From: Spirosomataceae bacterium
GTDB taxonomy: Bacteria > Bacteroidota > Bacteroidia > Cytophagales > Spirosomataceae
Direction: 5' to 3'
DNA length: 64,000 bases
Assembly: GCA_046292055.1 (NCBI GenBank)
Contig: JBKBRQ010000001.1
Span: 24,108 to 88,107, forward strand
This document shows positions 38,796 through 47,688 of the stretch, one piece after another. Every line of letters starts with the position of its first letter. Position 1 is the first letter of the stretch. Made by a program: the position numbers and the translations under genes. Under the pieces are notes generated by a model. The model made no database searches. It was not told where the DNA came from and saw only the letters and a program-made list of their open reading frames with translations.

Positions 38796-39659
38796 TTAAT
38801 TTCTAATTCGAAATAATTGAACCAATCTTGGTACATAGTCTTCTTGTGCATCTATACTTAGATAAGCTGCATTGTGTTGTTTACAAAATAGTTCAAGCGT
38901 TTGTTGACGATCAATAATTACTTGTCTTATATCTTTTTTTGTCGTGTTGGAGGATGTGTTCAACCAAATGGTACTACCAGATTCTTTATCGACAACCGGA
39001 ATAATACCTAAGCTGGGTAGTTCAACTTCACGTTTATCAAATAAATGGATAACGACTAAATCGTGTTTTCTGGAAAGTGCTTTGAGGTTATTTAGATAAT
39101 TTTGATCATCTAGGAAGTCAGAAATCAAGATTAGTACACTTTTTCGCTTCAAAATATTCATAGCAAAATGTAATGCAGCGTTAATATCTGTTTTTGAGGA
39201 TATAGACTGTAGTTTGAATAACTTCAAGATAAACTCATACCCATGCTTCATCCCGTGAGAAGGTCGAAGGTAGAGTTCCTTTTGGTCAGTAAAGCAGTAT
39301 AAACCTACATGGCTCGCTTCACGAATAGCAGATAGGGCAAGAACACCACAAATTTCTTTAGACGTATCAATCTTTTGCCGATTTGTGTTTCCAATCTCTT
39401 GAGATGCGCTAATATCAAGCATAAAAAATACGTTTTGTTCTTTTTCCTCTTTAAAAATCTTAACGTACGTTCCGTGTCCTTTTGCTGTTGTATTCCAATC
39501 AATACTCCGAATATCATCACCGTATTGATAGGTACGCAAGTCACTAAATTCCAATCCTGAACCCTTAAAAATAGAATGAAAGCTACCCCTCATTTGGGAA
39601 TTAACCGCTTTTCGTATTTTGATTTCATACTTTATCAGTTTTGATAGAATATTCTGCAT
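38796..39659 (-). CDS. DUF58 domain protein (MoxR-system-associated VWA-like family)
   Basis: DLRTYQYGDDIRSIDWNTTAK signature and VFFMLDISASQ (DxSxS-like). Confidence 0.85.
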   Translation of the reverse strand: MQNILSKLIKYEIKIRKAVNSQMRGSFHSIFKGSGLEFSDLRTYQYGDDIRSIDWNTTAKGHGTYVKIFKEEKEQNVFFMLDISASQEIGNTNRQKIDTSKEICGVLALSAIREASHVGLYCFTDQKELYLRPSHGMKHGYEFILKLFKLQSISSKTDINAALHFAMNILKRKSVLILISDFLDDQNYLNNLKALSRKHDLVVIHLFDKREVELPSLGIIPVVDKESGSTIWLNTSSNTTKKDIRQVIIDRQQTLELFCKQHNAAYLSIDAQEDYVPRLVQLFRIRN

Positions 39660-39751
39660 AAGTGTTTCGCTATTACATTAGAAATATGAAAGGCCACTAA
39701 AAAATACGTTAATCCTATTAACTTTGTTATTCGGTAAATAATGTACTAAAA

Positions 39752-40174
39752 ATGGATAGGCTACGATTAAAGCTACGTAAATTAAATCAATTTATTCTAT
39801 TTTATCCATGGGTAGTCGCTGTGGCAAATATAGGGTGTGTTTCAGAACCTAAACAACCAAAGGATATAATTCCCCGAAGTATAATGGTAAAAGCAATCGC
39901 AGACTTTTACTTGCTAGACGCCAATGTTTCAAGAATGAATTTTGTAGATTTAGATTCTGCAAAAATAGCTTTTCATTACTTTGAAAAAAAAATATACGAT
40001 AAATATCAAGTCGATAGCGCTCGATATGCAAAATCGTATCAATTTTATGGCGAACAACCACAAATTATGTTAGAAATATATCAGAATGTAAGCCAAGAGC
40101 TTGAATTAAAGAAGGATAGTATCTACCAAATCAAAATGACGAAACCATCTAAACCAATCAAAGCATCTTCATGA
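39752..40174 (+). CDS. DUF4296-like lipoprotein
   Basis: Lipobox ANIGC. It sits upstream of, and has an ATGA overlap with, the polyprenol-phosphate mannosyltransferase gene, as I remember for Flavobacteriia. Confidence 0.6.
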   Translation: MDRLRLKLRKLNQFILFYPWVVAVANIGCVSEPKQPKDIIPRSIMVKAIADFYLLDANVSRMNFVDLDSAKIAFHYFEKKIYDKYQVDSARYAKSYQFYGEQPQIMLEIYQNVSQELELKKDSIYQIKMTKPSKPIKASS

Positions 40175-40911
40175 AAGAAAATTTAGTGATTATTCCTACC
40201 TATAATGAACGCGAGAATATAAATGCCATATTAGAAAAGGTTCTTTCTCTCCCAATAAGGTTTGATGTTTTAATAGTGGATGATGGTTCCCCCGATGGCA
40301 CTGCTGAAATTGTAAAAGAAAAAATAAATCTATATCCCGACCAAGTTTTTATTGAAGAAAGAAGTGGTAAAATGGGACTCGGGACTGCTTACATTCATGG
40401 TTTTAAGTGGGCTTTACAAAGAAATTATGCCTATGTGTACGAAATGGATGCCGATTTCTCACATAATCCCGATGATCTTATTCGATTATATAAAGCTTGC
40501 TCAGAGGAAAAGTATGACTTGGCAATTGGTTCAAGGTATATTAGGGGGGTTAATGTCGTGAATTGGCCTATCGGGAGAGTATTAATGTCATATTTCGCGG
40601 GTGTATATGTTCGTTTTATTACAAGAATGCCAATTATGGATCCTACAGGTGGTTTTATATGTTATAGTAACCAAGTTCTGACAACAATACCACTTGATAA
40701 GATTACATTTGTGGGTTATGCATTTCAAATTGAAATGAAGTTTAATGCTTATTTATATGGCTTTAACTATGTTGAAGTACCTATTATTTTCACAGATAGA
40801 ACAAAAGGAACTTCTAAAATGTCTACCAAGATTTTCAGAGAAGCTGTTTTTGGTGTGTTACTTATGAAAATATGGAGTTTGTTTAAAAAATTTACGCGTT
40901 CATCAATCTAA
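40171..40911 (+). CDS. polyprenol monophosphomannose synthase (GT2, Dpm1-like)
   Basis: VIIPTYNEREN and VLIVDDGSPDGT motifs. Confidence 0.9.
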   Translation: MKENLVIIPTYNERENINAILEKVLSLPIRFDVLIVDDGSPDGTAEIVKEKINLYPDQVFIEERSGKMGLGTAYIHGFKWALQRNYAYVYEMDADFSHNPDDLIRLYKACSEEKYDLAIGSRYIRGVNVVNWPIGRVLMSYFAGVYVRFITRMPIMDPTGGFICYSNQVLTTIPLDKITFVGYAFQIEMKFNAYLYGFNYVEVPIIFTDRTKGTSKMSTKIFREAVFGVLLMKIWSLFKKFTRSSI

Positions 40912-40924
40912 ACAAAATTATTAA

Positions 40925-42028
40925 ATGTCTTTAAAGTCTATTCCATTACAAAAAATACATGAAGAAATGGGAGCCAAAATGGTTCCGTTTGCTGGTTTCT
41001 TAATGCCCGTGAGATATTCATCTGATTTAGAAGAACACCTCTGTATACGTCAAAAAGTTGGTGTTTTTGATGTATCTCATATGGGGGAGTTTATAATTGA
41101 AGGAGAGGGAGCTCTAGATTTAATTCAGCGTGTTTCAGCAAATGATGCTTCTAAGTTAATCGATGGAAAAGTGCAGTATAGTTATTTGCCAAATCAAACG
41201 GGAGGAGTTGTAGATGACTTACTCGTATATAGAATGGGTGAAGAAAAGTATATGCTGGTTGTGAATGCCTCTAATATTGATAAAGATTGGGACTGGATTA
41301 GTCAATTTAATGTATCAAATGTAAAAATGACGAATATCTCAGCTGAAACCTGTCTTTTTGCTTTGCAAGGATCTAAAAGTGTGGATGTGTTATCCAAATT
41401 AGTTGATTTGGAGAAAGTTGATTTAAAATCAATGGAGTATTATTCGTTTAAAATTAGCGACATAAAAGAGGTAAAAGAAGTAGTTATCTCTGCAACAGGA
41501 TATACAGGAGCTGGTGGTTTCGAATTATATGTGTCCTCAGATCAAGCAGAAACTCTCTGGAATTTGTTATTTGAGGCAGGTAAAGAATACGAAATATTAC
41601 CAATTGGTCTTGGTGCTAGAGATACCCTGAGGTTAGAAATGGGTTATTGTTTATATGGAAATGATATAACCGACGAGACTTCACCTATTGCTGCTGGTTT
41701 AGGTTGGGTTACAAAGTTTACAAAAGACTTTACCAACTCTACAAGTTTATTTGAACAGAAAAAATCAGGTACAAGCGAAAAGCTAGTCGGACTACTAATG
41801 GAAGATAAGGGAATTCCAAGAAGTCATTATAGAATAGCAGATGAACAAGGCCATGAGATAGGGGAAATCACTTCGGGAACAATATCACCTGTTTTAAATA
41901 AAGGAATCGCTTTAGGTTACGTGATGTCGGAGTTTGCGACAGTAGGACAAATTGTATTTGTGAAAGTTAGAGACAAATTGCTTAAAGCAAAGATTGTAAA
42001 GTTGCCTTTTGTAGGAAAAACAGTGTGA
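40925..42028 (+). CDS. gcvT: glycine cleavage system aminomethyltransferase T
   Basis: VFDVSHMGEF and GYTGAGGFELY. Confidence 0.96.
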   Translation: MSLKSIPLQKIHEEMGAKMVPFAGFLMPVRYSSDLEEHLCIRQKVGVFDVSHMGEFIIEGEGALDLIQRVSANDASKLIDGKVQYSYLPNQTGGVVDDLLVYRMGEEKYMLVVNASNIDKDWDWISQFNVSNVKMTNISAETCLFALQGSKSVDVLSKLVDLEKVDLKSMEYYSFKISDIKEVKEVVISATGYTGAGGFELYVSSDQAETLWNLLFEAGKEYEILPIGLGARDTLRLEMGYCLYGNDITDETSPIAAGLGWVTKFTKDFTNSTSLFEQKKSGTSEKLVGLLMEDKGIPRSHYRIADEQGHEIGEITSGTISPVLNKGIALGYVMSEFATVGQIVFVKVRDKLLKAKIVKLPFVGKTV

Positions 42029-42048
42029 ACGGTCTAATAAATAAGGTG

Positions 42049-42090
42049 AAACGAGGTGGCTTATCGAGTATAAGTCACCTCGTTTTGTTT
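42049..42090 (+). terminator. intrinsic terminator after gcvT (AAACGAGGTG / CACCTCGTTT plus TTGTTT)
   Basis: 10-bp stem with a 17-nt loop, followed by a T-rich tail. Confidence 0.65.
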
Positions 42091-42124
42091 AACTTTGAGT
42101 CAAACAACCTAACAAATATTACAA

Positions 42125-42832
42125 ATGAAATTGAAAGATAAAGTCGCAATTATTACAGGTGGAGCAAAGGGAATTGGAAAGGCAACTGCTGAGTTATTTG
42201 TGGAAAATGGTGCAAAAGTTTATGTGTGGGATCGTGCAGAAATGGACGAAAAGGAAGGTCAAGTATACATGTCAGTTGATGTAACAAACTATGAAAAAGT
42301 TACAGAGGCTGTTCAAGCTATCCTTGATAAAGAAGGGAAAATAGATATTTTGGTAAATAATGCAGGCATAACAAAGGATAAATCATTATTGAAAATGACA
42401 CAAGAGGATTGGCATCAAGTGATAGATATCAACCTGACAGGCGTGTTTAATTGTACAAAAGCGGTTAGTCAATCCATGGTTGATAGAAAATTTGGTCGTA
42501 TTTTATGTGCTTCATCCGTGGTTGGTATAACAGGTAATTTCGGACAAACGAATTATGTAGCTACAAAATCTGCGCTCATTGGTATGGTTAAGACTTGGGC
42601 AAAAGAGTTAGCAAAACATAATATTACAGCGAATGCAGTGGCACCTGGTTTTATAAAGACAGACATGACAGATTTAATACCAGATGAAGTTAAAAAGACA
42701 ATTGAAAGTGGTATTCCCGCAAAACGAATGGGACAACCTATAGATATTGCCAATGCATACCTATTTCTAGCGTCCGATGATGCCGCTTACATAAATGGTC
42801 AATGTTTGTCCGTAAATGGTGGAATGGCTTGA
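42125..42832 (+). CDS. short-chain dehydrogenase/reductase, FabG-like 3-oxoacyl reductase
   Basis: ITGGAKGIGKA, NNAGI, and YVATKSAL (YxxxK). Confidence 0.88.
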   Translation: MKLKDKVAIITGGAKGIGKATAELFVENGAKVYVWDRAEMDEKEGQVYMSVDVTNYEKVTEAVQAILDKEGKIDILVNNAGITKDKSLLKMTQEDWHQVIDINLTGVFNCTKAVSQSMVDRKFGRILCASSVVGITGNFGQTNYVATKSALIGMVKTWAKELAKHNITANAVAPGFIKTDMTDLIPDEVKKTIESGIPAKRMGQPIDIANAYLFLASDDAAYINGQCLSVNGGMA

Positions 42833-42868
42833 TTGGTATGCTTGCATACTAATTGATAATTAATTAAC

Positions 42869-42914
42869 TTTAAGCCTCTCAAATATGCAATATAGCATAT
42901 TTGAGAGGCTTAAA
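42869..42914 (+). other. 20-bp perfect-stem hairpin (TTTAAGCCTCTCAAATATGC / GCATATTTGAGAGGCTTAAA, 6-nt loop)
   Basis: Lies between the SDR gene and the acyl-CoA dehydrogenase gene. There is no clear U-tract. Confidence 0.7.
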
Positions 42915-42939
42915 TTGTTCAACTCTATCATCAACAACA

Positions 42940-44079
42940 ATGAATTTTACACTTTCTGAAGAACATTTGGCTGTACAGTCAGCTGCAAGAGATTTTGCTG
43001 AAACAGAATTGCTACATGACAGTATTGAAAGAGATACTAACTCTGTCTTCCCGTATGAACAAGTTAAAAAAATGGGAGAACTCGGGTTTATGGGAATGAT
43101 GGTCTCTCCTGAGTATGGCGGTGGGGGTATGGATACCCTTAGCTATGTGTTAGCCATAGAAGAAATTTCAAAAGTAGATGCCTCAGCAGGCGTCATTATG
43201 TCGGTTAATAATTCGTTGGTTTGCTATGGACTCAATGAATATGGTTCCACATATCAAAAAGAAAAATATCTTACAGACTTAGCATCTGGAAAAAAACTCG
43301 GTGCGTTTTGCCTATCAGAACCTGATGCCGGGTCAGACGCGACTTCACAAAAGACAACGGCGGTAAAAGAAGGAGATAATTATATCTTGAATGGTATAAA
43401 AAATTGGATTACAAACGGAAGTACATCCGATATTTGTCTTGTTATGGCGCAAACAAATCCAGAATTAAAGCACAAAGGAATCAACTGCCTGATTGTAGAA
43501 AAAGGGGTTGAGGGTTTTGAAGTTGGAAAAAAAGAAGATAAAATGGGGATTCGTTCCTCTGATACGCACTCATTGATGTTTACAGACGTGAAAGTATCGT
43601 CGGAGAACAGAATCGGTGAGGAAGGTTTTGGCTTTAAGTTCGCCATGAGTACGTTGAATGGTGGACGAATAGGCATTGCCGCGCAAGCGTTAGGGATTGC
43701 GGCCGGCGCATACGAGCGTTCTGTGCAATATGCAAAGGAAAGAAAGGCATTCGGAAAAAAGATTTCCGAGCATCAAGCCATTCAGTTTAAATTGGCTGAC
43801 ATGAGAACTAGAATACAAGCTGCGCGTTTGCTTGTATATGAAGCAGCTCTCTTAAAGGATATGAAAAAAGATTATGTAGAGGCAGCAGCAATGGCTAAGT
43901 TGTATGCTTCAGAGGTTGCTATGTGGGTAACAACAGAGGCCGTACAAATTCATGGAGGATATGGATACGTCAAAGAATTCCATGTTGAACGAATGATGAG
44001 AGATGCAAAAATTACCCAGATTTATGAGGGCACATCCGAAATACAAAAAATGGTCATTGCAAGAGAAATTCTGAAATAA
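42940..44079 (+). CDS. acyl-CoA dehydrogenase (short/butyryl-chain type)
   Basis: MNFTLSEEH start, CLSEPDAGSDA, QIHGGYGYVKEF, IYEGTSEIQ. The ATG at 42940 is chosen, because the track's TTG start lies inside the hairpin. Confidence 0.94.
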   Translation: MNFTLSEEHLAVQSAARDFAETELLHDSIERDTNSVFPYEQVKKMGELGFMGMMVSPEYGGGGMDTLSYVLAIEEISKVDASAGVIMSVNNSLVCYGLNEYGSTYQKEKYLTDLASGKKLGAFCLSEPDAGSDATSQKTTAVKEGDNYILNGIKNWITNGSTSDICLVMAQTNPELKHKGINCLIVEKGVEGFEVGKKEDKMGIRSSDTHSLMFTDVKVSSENRIGEEGFGFKFAMSTLNGGRIGIAAQALGIAAGAYERSVQYAKERKAFGKKISEHQAIQFKLADMRTRIQAARLLVYEAALLKDMKKDYVEAAAMAKLYASEVAMWVTTEAVQIHGGYGYVKEFHVERMMRDAKITQIYEGTSEIQKMVIAREILK

Positions 44080-44095
44080 GTAAACGTTATCTCAT

Positions 44096-44135
44096 AAAAG
44101 GGCTGTAAGATGATTTATCGTCTTGCAGCCCTTTT
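44096..44135 (+). terminator. intrinsic terminator (AAAAGGGCTGTAAGA / TCTTGCAGCCCTTTT)
   Basis: 11-bp GC-containing stem with one G-U pair, followed by a T-tract. Confidence 0.85.
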
Positions 44136-44478
44136 GCAATAAGATTAAAATTTGGACAAAAAATAGATGGTTTTTGTATCTATCAATGTGAAAGTCCAAA
44201 AAAAGGTAAGAAAAATAAAATTTCTTTTTTTCTTACAAGTAGCATAGAGTGTATCAATACTCGTAAAATAGGCTATTAATTAGACTTTTTTAAGAAATAA
44301 AAGAAAAAAATACAATCATTGTAGTATAAAACGTGTATCATAAAATAATCATAAATTTGAAAATTTTAGAATAATTATTAGTTTTGTACAAATTCTAAAA
44401 CCAAAAAATAAGAATAAATACGGTTTTTGACGAAAATACTTACCCATTTTACGAGTTAAACTCCTTTTCATACATATT

Positions 44479-45402
44479 ATGGAAGATTACAATAAAATCA
44501 TCGAATCCTTAGGTGTCAAGTTTGCAAAAGCGAGACATATCCGTATTTTACAGCCCATCACAATCAAAAATGTGTACGATGTAGAAAATACTTTAATGGT
44601 TCTTTACGACGGAGATGTAAATATTGCTGGAAGCGATGAGCGAATCGAGCCGGGTGATATGCTGTTTATCCCAGGAGGAAAGGCAGCAACAATTACGTAT
44701 GGAGTCGGTGAGGCAAAGCCCATATCGTATGAGGAGTTCATGACAAGAAGAGAAAATTACTTTGACGCCATGCGTGTGAAAGAGGAAATCGGGAAAATTA
44801 AGAATTCATTTGGGCTGATTGCCTTTGAGGCCAAGGTCTTTGATTCTGTGAATTTCTTTACGTCATTAGACATACCACCCTTTTTCATTCGTAAACACTC
44901 CAAATTAGCTCAACTCATTAAGGAAATTCTTCAAGAAGATTTCACGGATGAAGTAGGAAGAGGGCGTGTTATCCGAAATAAAACGGAGGAAGTAGTAATA
45001 GAAATTGTTCGTTACATTTTGGCTAATAGAATGTTTGTAGAACAGCTGGCTACAAACAGTACATACTTCAAAGATCCACGACTCATTGATATCTTTACTT
45101 ATATCAAGAACAATATTGACGGAGATTTGTCAAATAAGCAGTTGGCAAATGTTGCAAACGTGTCAGAAGATTATGTTGGTCAATATTTTAAAATGTTGAC
45201 AGGTATTAATCCACAAGATTACATAGAATATCAACGTATGGAGGCTGCCGTAACACTTCTAAGAACATCGAAGAAAAGCATTCGTGCAATCGGTGCAGAG
45301 GTAGGATACAAAGATACTGCCTACTTTTGTAGAAGGTTTAAAATGATGTTCGGTATACCCGCAGGAAAAATGAGAAGAAGAGAATCACTCATGATTGGAT
45401 AA
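44479..45402 (+). CDS. AraC-family transcriptional regulator (cupin-like N-terminus, C-terminal HTH)
   Basis: C-terminal ...VGYKDTAYFCRRFKMMFGIPAGKMR, typical of the AraC HTH_18 domain. Confidence 0.88.
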   Translation: MEDYNKIIESLGVKFAKARHIRILQPITIKNVYDVENTLMVLYDGDVNIAGSDERIEPGDMLFIPGGKAATITYGVGEAKPISYEEFMTRRENYFDAMRVKEEIGKIKNSFGLIAFEAKVFDSVNFFTSLDIPPFFIRKHSKLAQLIKEILQEDFTDEVGRGRVIRNKTEEVVIEIVRYILANRMFVEQLATNSTYFKDPRLIDIFTYIKNNIDGDLSNKQLANVANVSEDYVGQYFKMLTGINPQDYIEYQRMEAAVTLLRTSKKSIRAIGAEVGYKDTAYFCRRFKMMFGIPAGKMRRRESLMIG

Positions 45403-45424
45403 AAGAAAATGACAAGTAATTTGG

Positions 45425-45461
45425 AAAAGGGCGGAATGTTTTCATCATTCCGCCCTTTTTT
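45425..45461. terminator. bidirectional intrinsic terminator (AAAAGGGCGGAATG / CATTCCGCCCTTTTTT)
   Basis: GC-rich 10-bp stem between convergent genes. Confidence 0.85.
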
Positions 45462-45855
45462 AGTTAGCAACAATCACTTCTTCAGGGAAAAAGGAAACCT
45501 TTTGTATGTAATTTAAATCAATAGAATCAACTTCGAATACAAACCGTTTGTCCAATAGTTGGTCATTTACCCAGCAACTAACCCAATATTCATTTTCAAG
45601 GACAAAGACAGAGGGGTCAATCCGTTCAATCAGTTGGTGTTGCCCAGGAAGTAGTTCTTCATAAGAGTGCCGTAAGGTAGACGTTTGCGTAACAGATTCG
45701 TCGATTAACCCATAACCTGTAGAAGCAACCATGATGTTCTTTAAGGTTTCTTGTGAATGATTTATTAAAATAACTTGCCATTGGAAATCATCCGTTAATG
45801 GTTTCGCTATAACCGAAACGTCTTCCATGGGTAAAAGTAGAATGTCTTTTTTCAT
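45460..45855 (-). CDS. hypothetical protein, 131 aa
   Basis: Clean ORF bounded by a terminator. No signal peptide or motif recognised. Confidence 0.55.
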   Translation of the reverse strand: MKKDILLLPMEDVSVIAKPLTDDFQWQVILINHSQETLKNIMVASTGYGLIDESVTQTSTLRHSYEELLPGQHQLIERIDPSVFVLENEYWVSCWVNDQLLDKRFVFEVDSIDLNYIQKVSFFPEEVIVAN

Positions 45856-46029
45856 AAAAATGGATAAGATAAAGGAACTACAAAGAAAATAGAAAAAAAT
45901 GTAGTGCTGAAAGAAAAATCGATAAATAGAAATGGGTTATATGAATTCGTTCGAAGAAAGTCGTGCGGTGTAAAAAACAAATTGATTAATTTTACAACAA
46001 ATTAATCAAGTTAAACAGATATTGATAAA

Positions 46030-46596
46030 ATGATATACCCTATTGTTGCATACGGAGATCCAGTTTTGAGAAAAGTTGCTCGTGATATAGATGAGAATGA
46101 AACAGATGTAAAAAAGTTAGTTGCAGATATGTTTGAAACAATGTATGCTGCATCAGGTGTAGGGTTAGCGGGGCCACAAATTGGAAAAGACTGGCGAATT
46201 TTTGTCGTAGACGGAACTCCAATCAACGAAGGAGAGGAGGAAATAGATGCATCACTCATTAATTTCAAAAAAGCATTTATAAATGCCGAAATAATCGAAG
46301 AGTCTGGTGAAGAATGGCCATATGAAGAAGGATGTTTAAGTATCCCAGGGGTGAGAGCAGACGTGAAGAGACCTTCTGAGGTAACTATAAGATATCGGGA
46401 TGAAAATTGGAATGAACTGACAGAAACGTATAGTGGAATGGCAGCCAGAATTATCCAACACGAATATGATCATATAGAAGGAATCTTATTTACAGACTAT
46501 TTGGCGCCTTTGAAAAAACAAATGCTCAAAAAAAGATTGACGAACATCACAAAAGGTATTGTAGATGCGGATTACCGAATGAAGTTCCCTAAATGA
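46030..46596 (+). CDS. def: peptide deformylase
   Basis: GVGLAGPQIG, EGCLSIPG, QHEYDHIEG. Confidence 0.97.
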   Translation: MIYPIVAYGDPVLRKVARDIDENETDVKKLVADMFETMYAASGVGLAGPQIGKDWRIFVVDGTPINEGEEEIDASLINFKKAFINAEIIEESGEEWPYEEGCLSIPGVRADVKRPSEVTIRYRDENWNELTETYSGMAARIIQHEYDHIEGILFTDYLAPLKKQMLKKRLTNITKGIVDADYRMKFPK

Positions 46597-47366
46597 TTTC
46601 AGAATCTTTGCGCATAGGAATTGTCCAGACAAATATTTACTGGGAGAGTACAATAGCAAATTTGTCTAGCTTGGAAGAAAAATTGGCTACTTTTTCATCA
46701 AAAGTAGATATTCTTGTTTTGCCTGAAATGTTTGCAACTGGGTTTTCTCCCAAATCTTTTCATTTAGCAGAAACCATGAATGGTCAGATTCATAGATGGA
46801 TGAAGATGATGGCAAAAAAAATAAATTCTGCAGTGGTTGGTAGTGCGTTAATTCAAGAAAATGGACACTTTTATAATCGAATCATTTGGGTTGATCCAAT
46901 CGGTACAACTGAGACGTACGATAAAAAGTATCTTTTTTCACATGCAGGTGAGGACAAGTGGCTAACGCCAGGAAGTCATCGAAAAGTCATTCATTGGAAA
47001 GGATGGGCAATAAAGCCATTAATTTGTTATGATTTACGTTTCCCAATATGGAGTTGGCAAGACGAGAATGAAATACACGATGTTTTGATTTATGTAGCTT
47101 CGTGGCCACAAAAGCGAAGTCCTGCATGGGCAGCATTGCTAAAGGCAAGAAGTATTGAAAATCAATGTTATGTAGTAGGGGTGAATCGCGTAGGAAAGGA
47201 TGGATTAGGAAGTGATTACAACGGACTTTCTAGCTTATATACTTTCTCCGGTGATAAAATAGTTGAATTAGTGAATGAAGAAATAGTGCAGATTGTGCAA
47301 ATTACAAAAAGTGACTTGAAAGAATTTAGGGATAACTATTCATTTATTCGAGATGGTTTTAAATAA
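46593..47366 (+). CDS. carbon-nitrogen hydrolase family amidohydrolase (YafV/omega-amidase-like)
   Basis: LPEMF (Glu), and CYDLRFP (catalytic Cys). ATGA overlap with the def stop. Confidence 0.85.
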   Translation: MISESLRIGIVQTNIYWESTIANLSSLEEKLATFSSKVDILVLPEMFATGFSPKSFHLAETMNGQIHRWMKMMAKKINSAVVGSALIQENGHFYNRIIWVDPIGTTETYDKKYLFSHAGEDKWLTPGSHRKVIHWKGWAIKPLICYDLRFPIWSWQDENEIHDVLIYVASWPQKRSPAWAALLKARSIENQCYVVGVNRVGKDGLGSDYNGLSSLYTFSGDKIVELVNEEIVQIVQITKSDLKEFRDNYSFIRDGFK

Positions 47367-47413
47367 AATTCAATTTTTTTTCGAAAAAGTTTGGAATTTA
47401 AAAAATAATCCTG

Positions 47414-47421
47414 CACCTTTG
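47414..47421 (+). promoter_or_regulatory. -7-like box cAccTTTG upstream of tRNA-Val
   Basis: 7/8 informative match to TAnnTTTG, 26 nt before the tRNA 5' end. Confidence 0.35.
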
Positions 47422-47447
47422 CAATCCCAAACGACATCAAAGTCAAC

Positions 47448-47522
47448 GGGAGCATAGCTCAGCTGGTTCAGAGCATCTGCCTTACAAGCAGAGGGTCAGG
47501 GGTTCGAATCCCTTTGCTCCCA
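47448..47522 (+). tRNA. tRNA-Val (anticodon TAC)
   Basis: Hand-folded cloverleaf: acceptor GGGAGCA/TGCTCCC, D arm GCTC...GAGC, anticodon stem TCTGC/GCAGA with loop CTTACAA, T arm AGGGG-TTCGAAT-CCCTT. 75 nt, with no encoded CCA. Confidence 0.93.
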
Positions 47523-47523
47523 C

Positions 47524-47554
47524 AAGCCTCCACTCACTCAGTGGAGGCTTTTTT
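47524..47554 (+). terminator. intrinsic terminator after tRNA-Val (AAGCCTCCACT / AGTGGAGGCTT plus TTTT)
   Basis: 11-bp stem, 5-nt loop, T-tract. Confidence 0.85.
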
Positions 47555-47621
47555 GTTATGTGATAAATCAAAAAAAACATCCATCGGTAAAAAAAGGATG
47601 TGTAAAAATGCATAGATGAAT

Positions 47622-47629
47622 TATATTTG
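47622..47629 (+). promoter_or_regulatory. -7 box TAtaTTTG (mreB promoter)
   Basis: Exact TAnnTTTG, 60 nt upstream of the mreB ATG. Confidence 0.45.
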
Positions 47630-47688
47630 TGCAGAATAGTTTTAACTTTGTGTGCTAATTACAGAACAATTAATCAACATAGGCTCAA

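Noticed and set aside
40912-40924. I looked for a glycine riboswitch upstream of gcvT.
   Set aside because: Only 13 nt separate gcvT from the preceding gene, so there is no room for an aptamer.
44167-44247. A 26-aa ORF (MVFVSINVKVQKKVRKIKFLFFLQVA*) in the long AraC leader.
   Set aside because: There is no promoter box or ribosome-binding context, the composition is low-complexity, and it overlaps an A/T hairpin. I read it as most likely non-coding.
47448-47522. tRNA-Val considered as an integration hotspot for a genomic island.
   Set aside because: No integrase gene was found. I saw no direct repeat of the tRNA 3' end downstream, and the flanking genes (amidohydrolase, mreB) are core.
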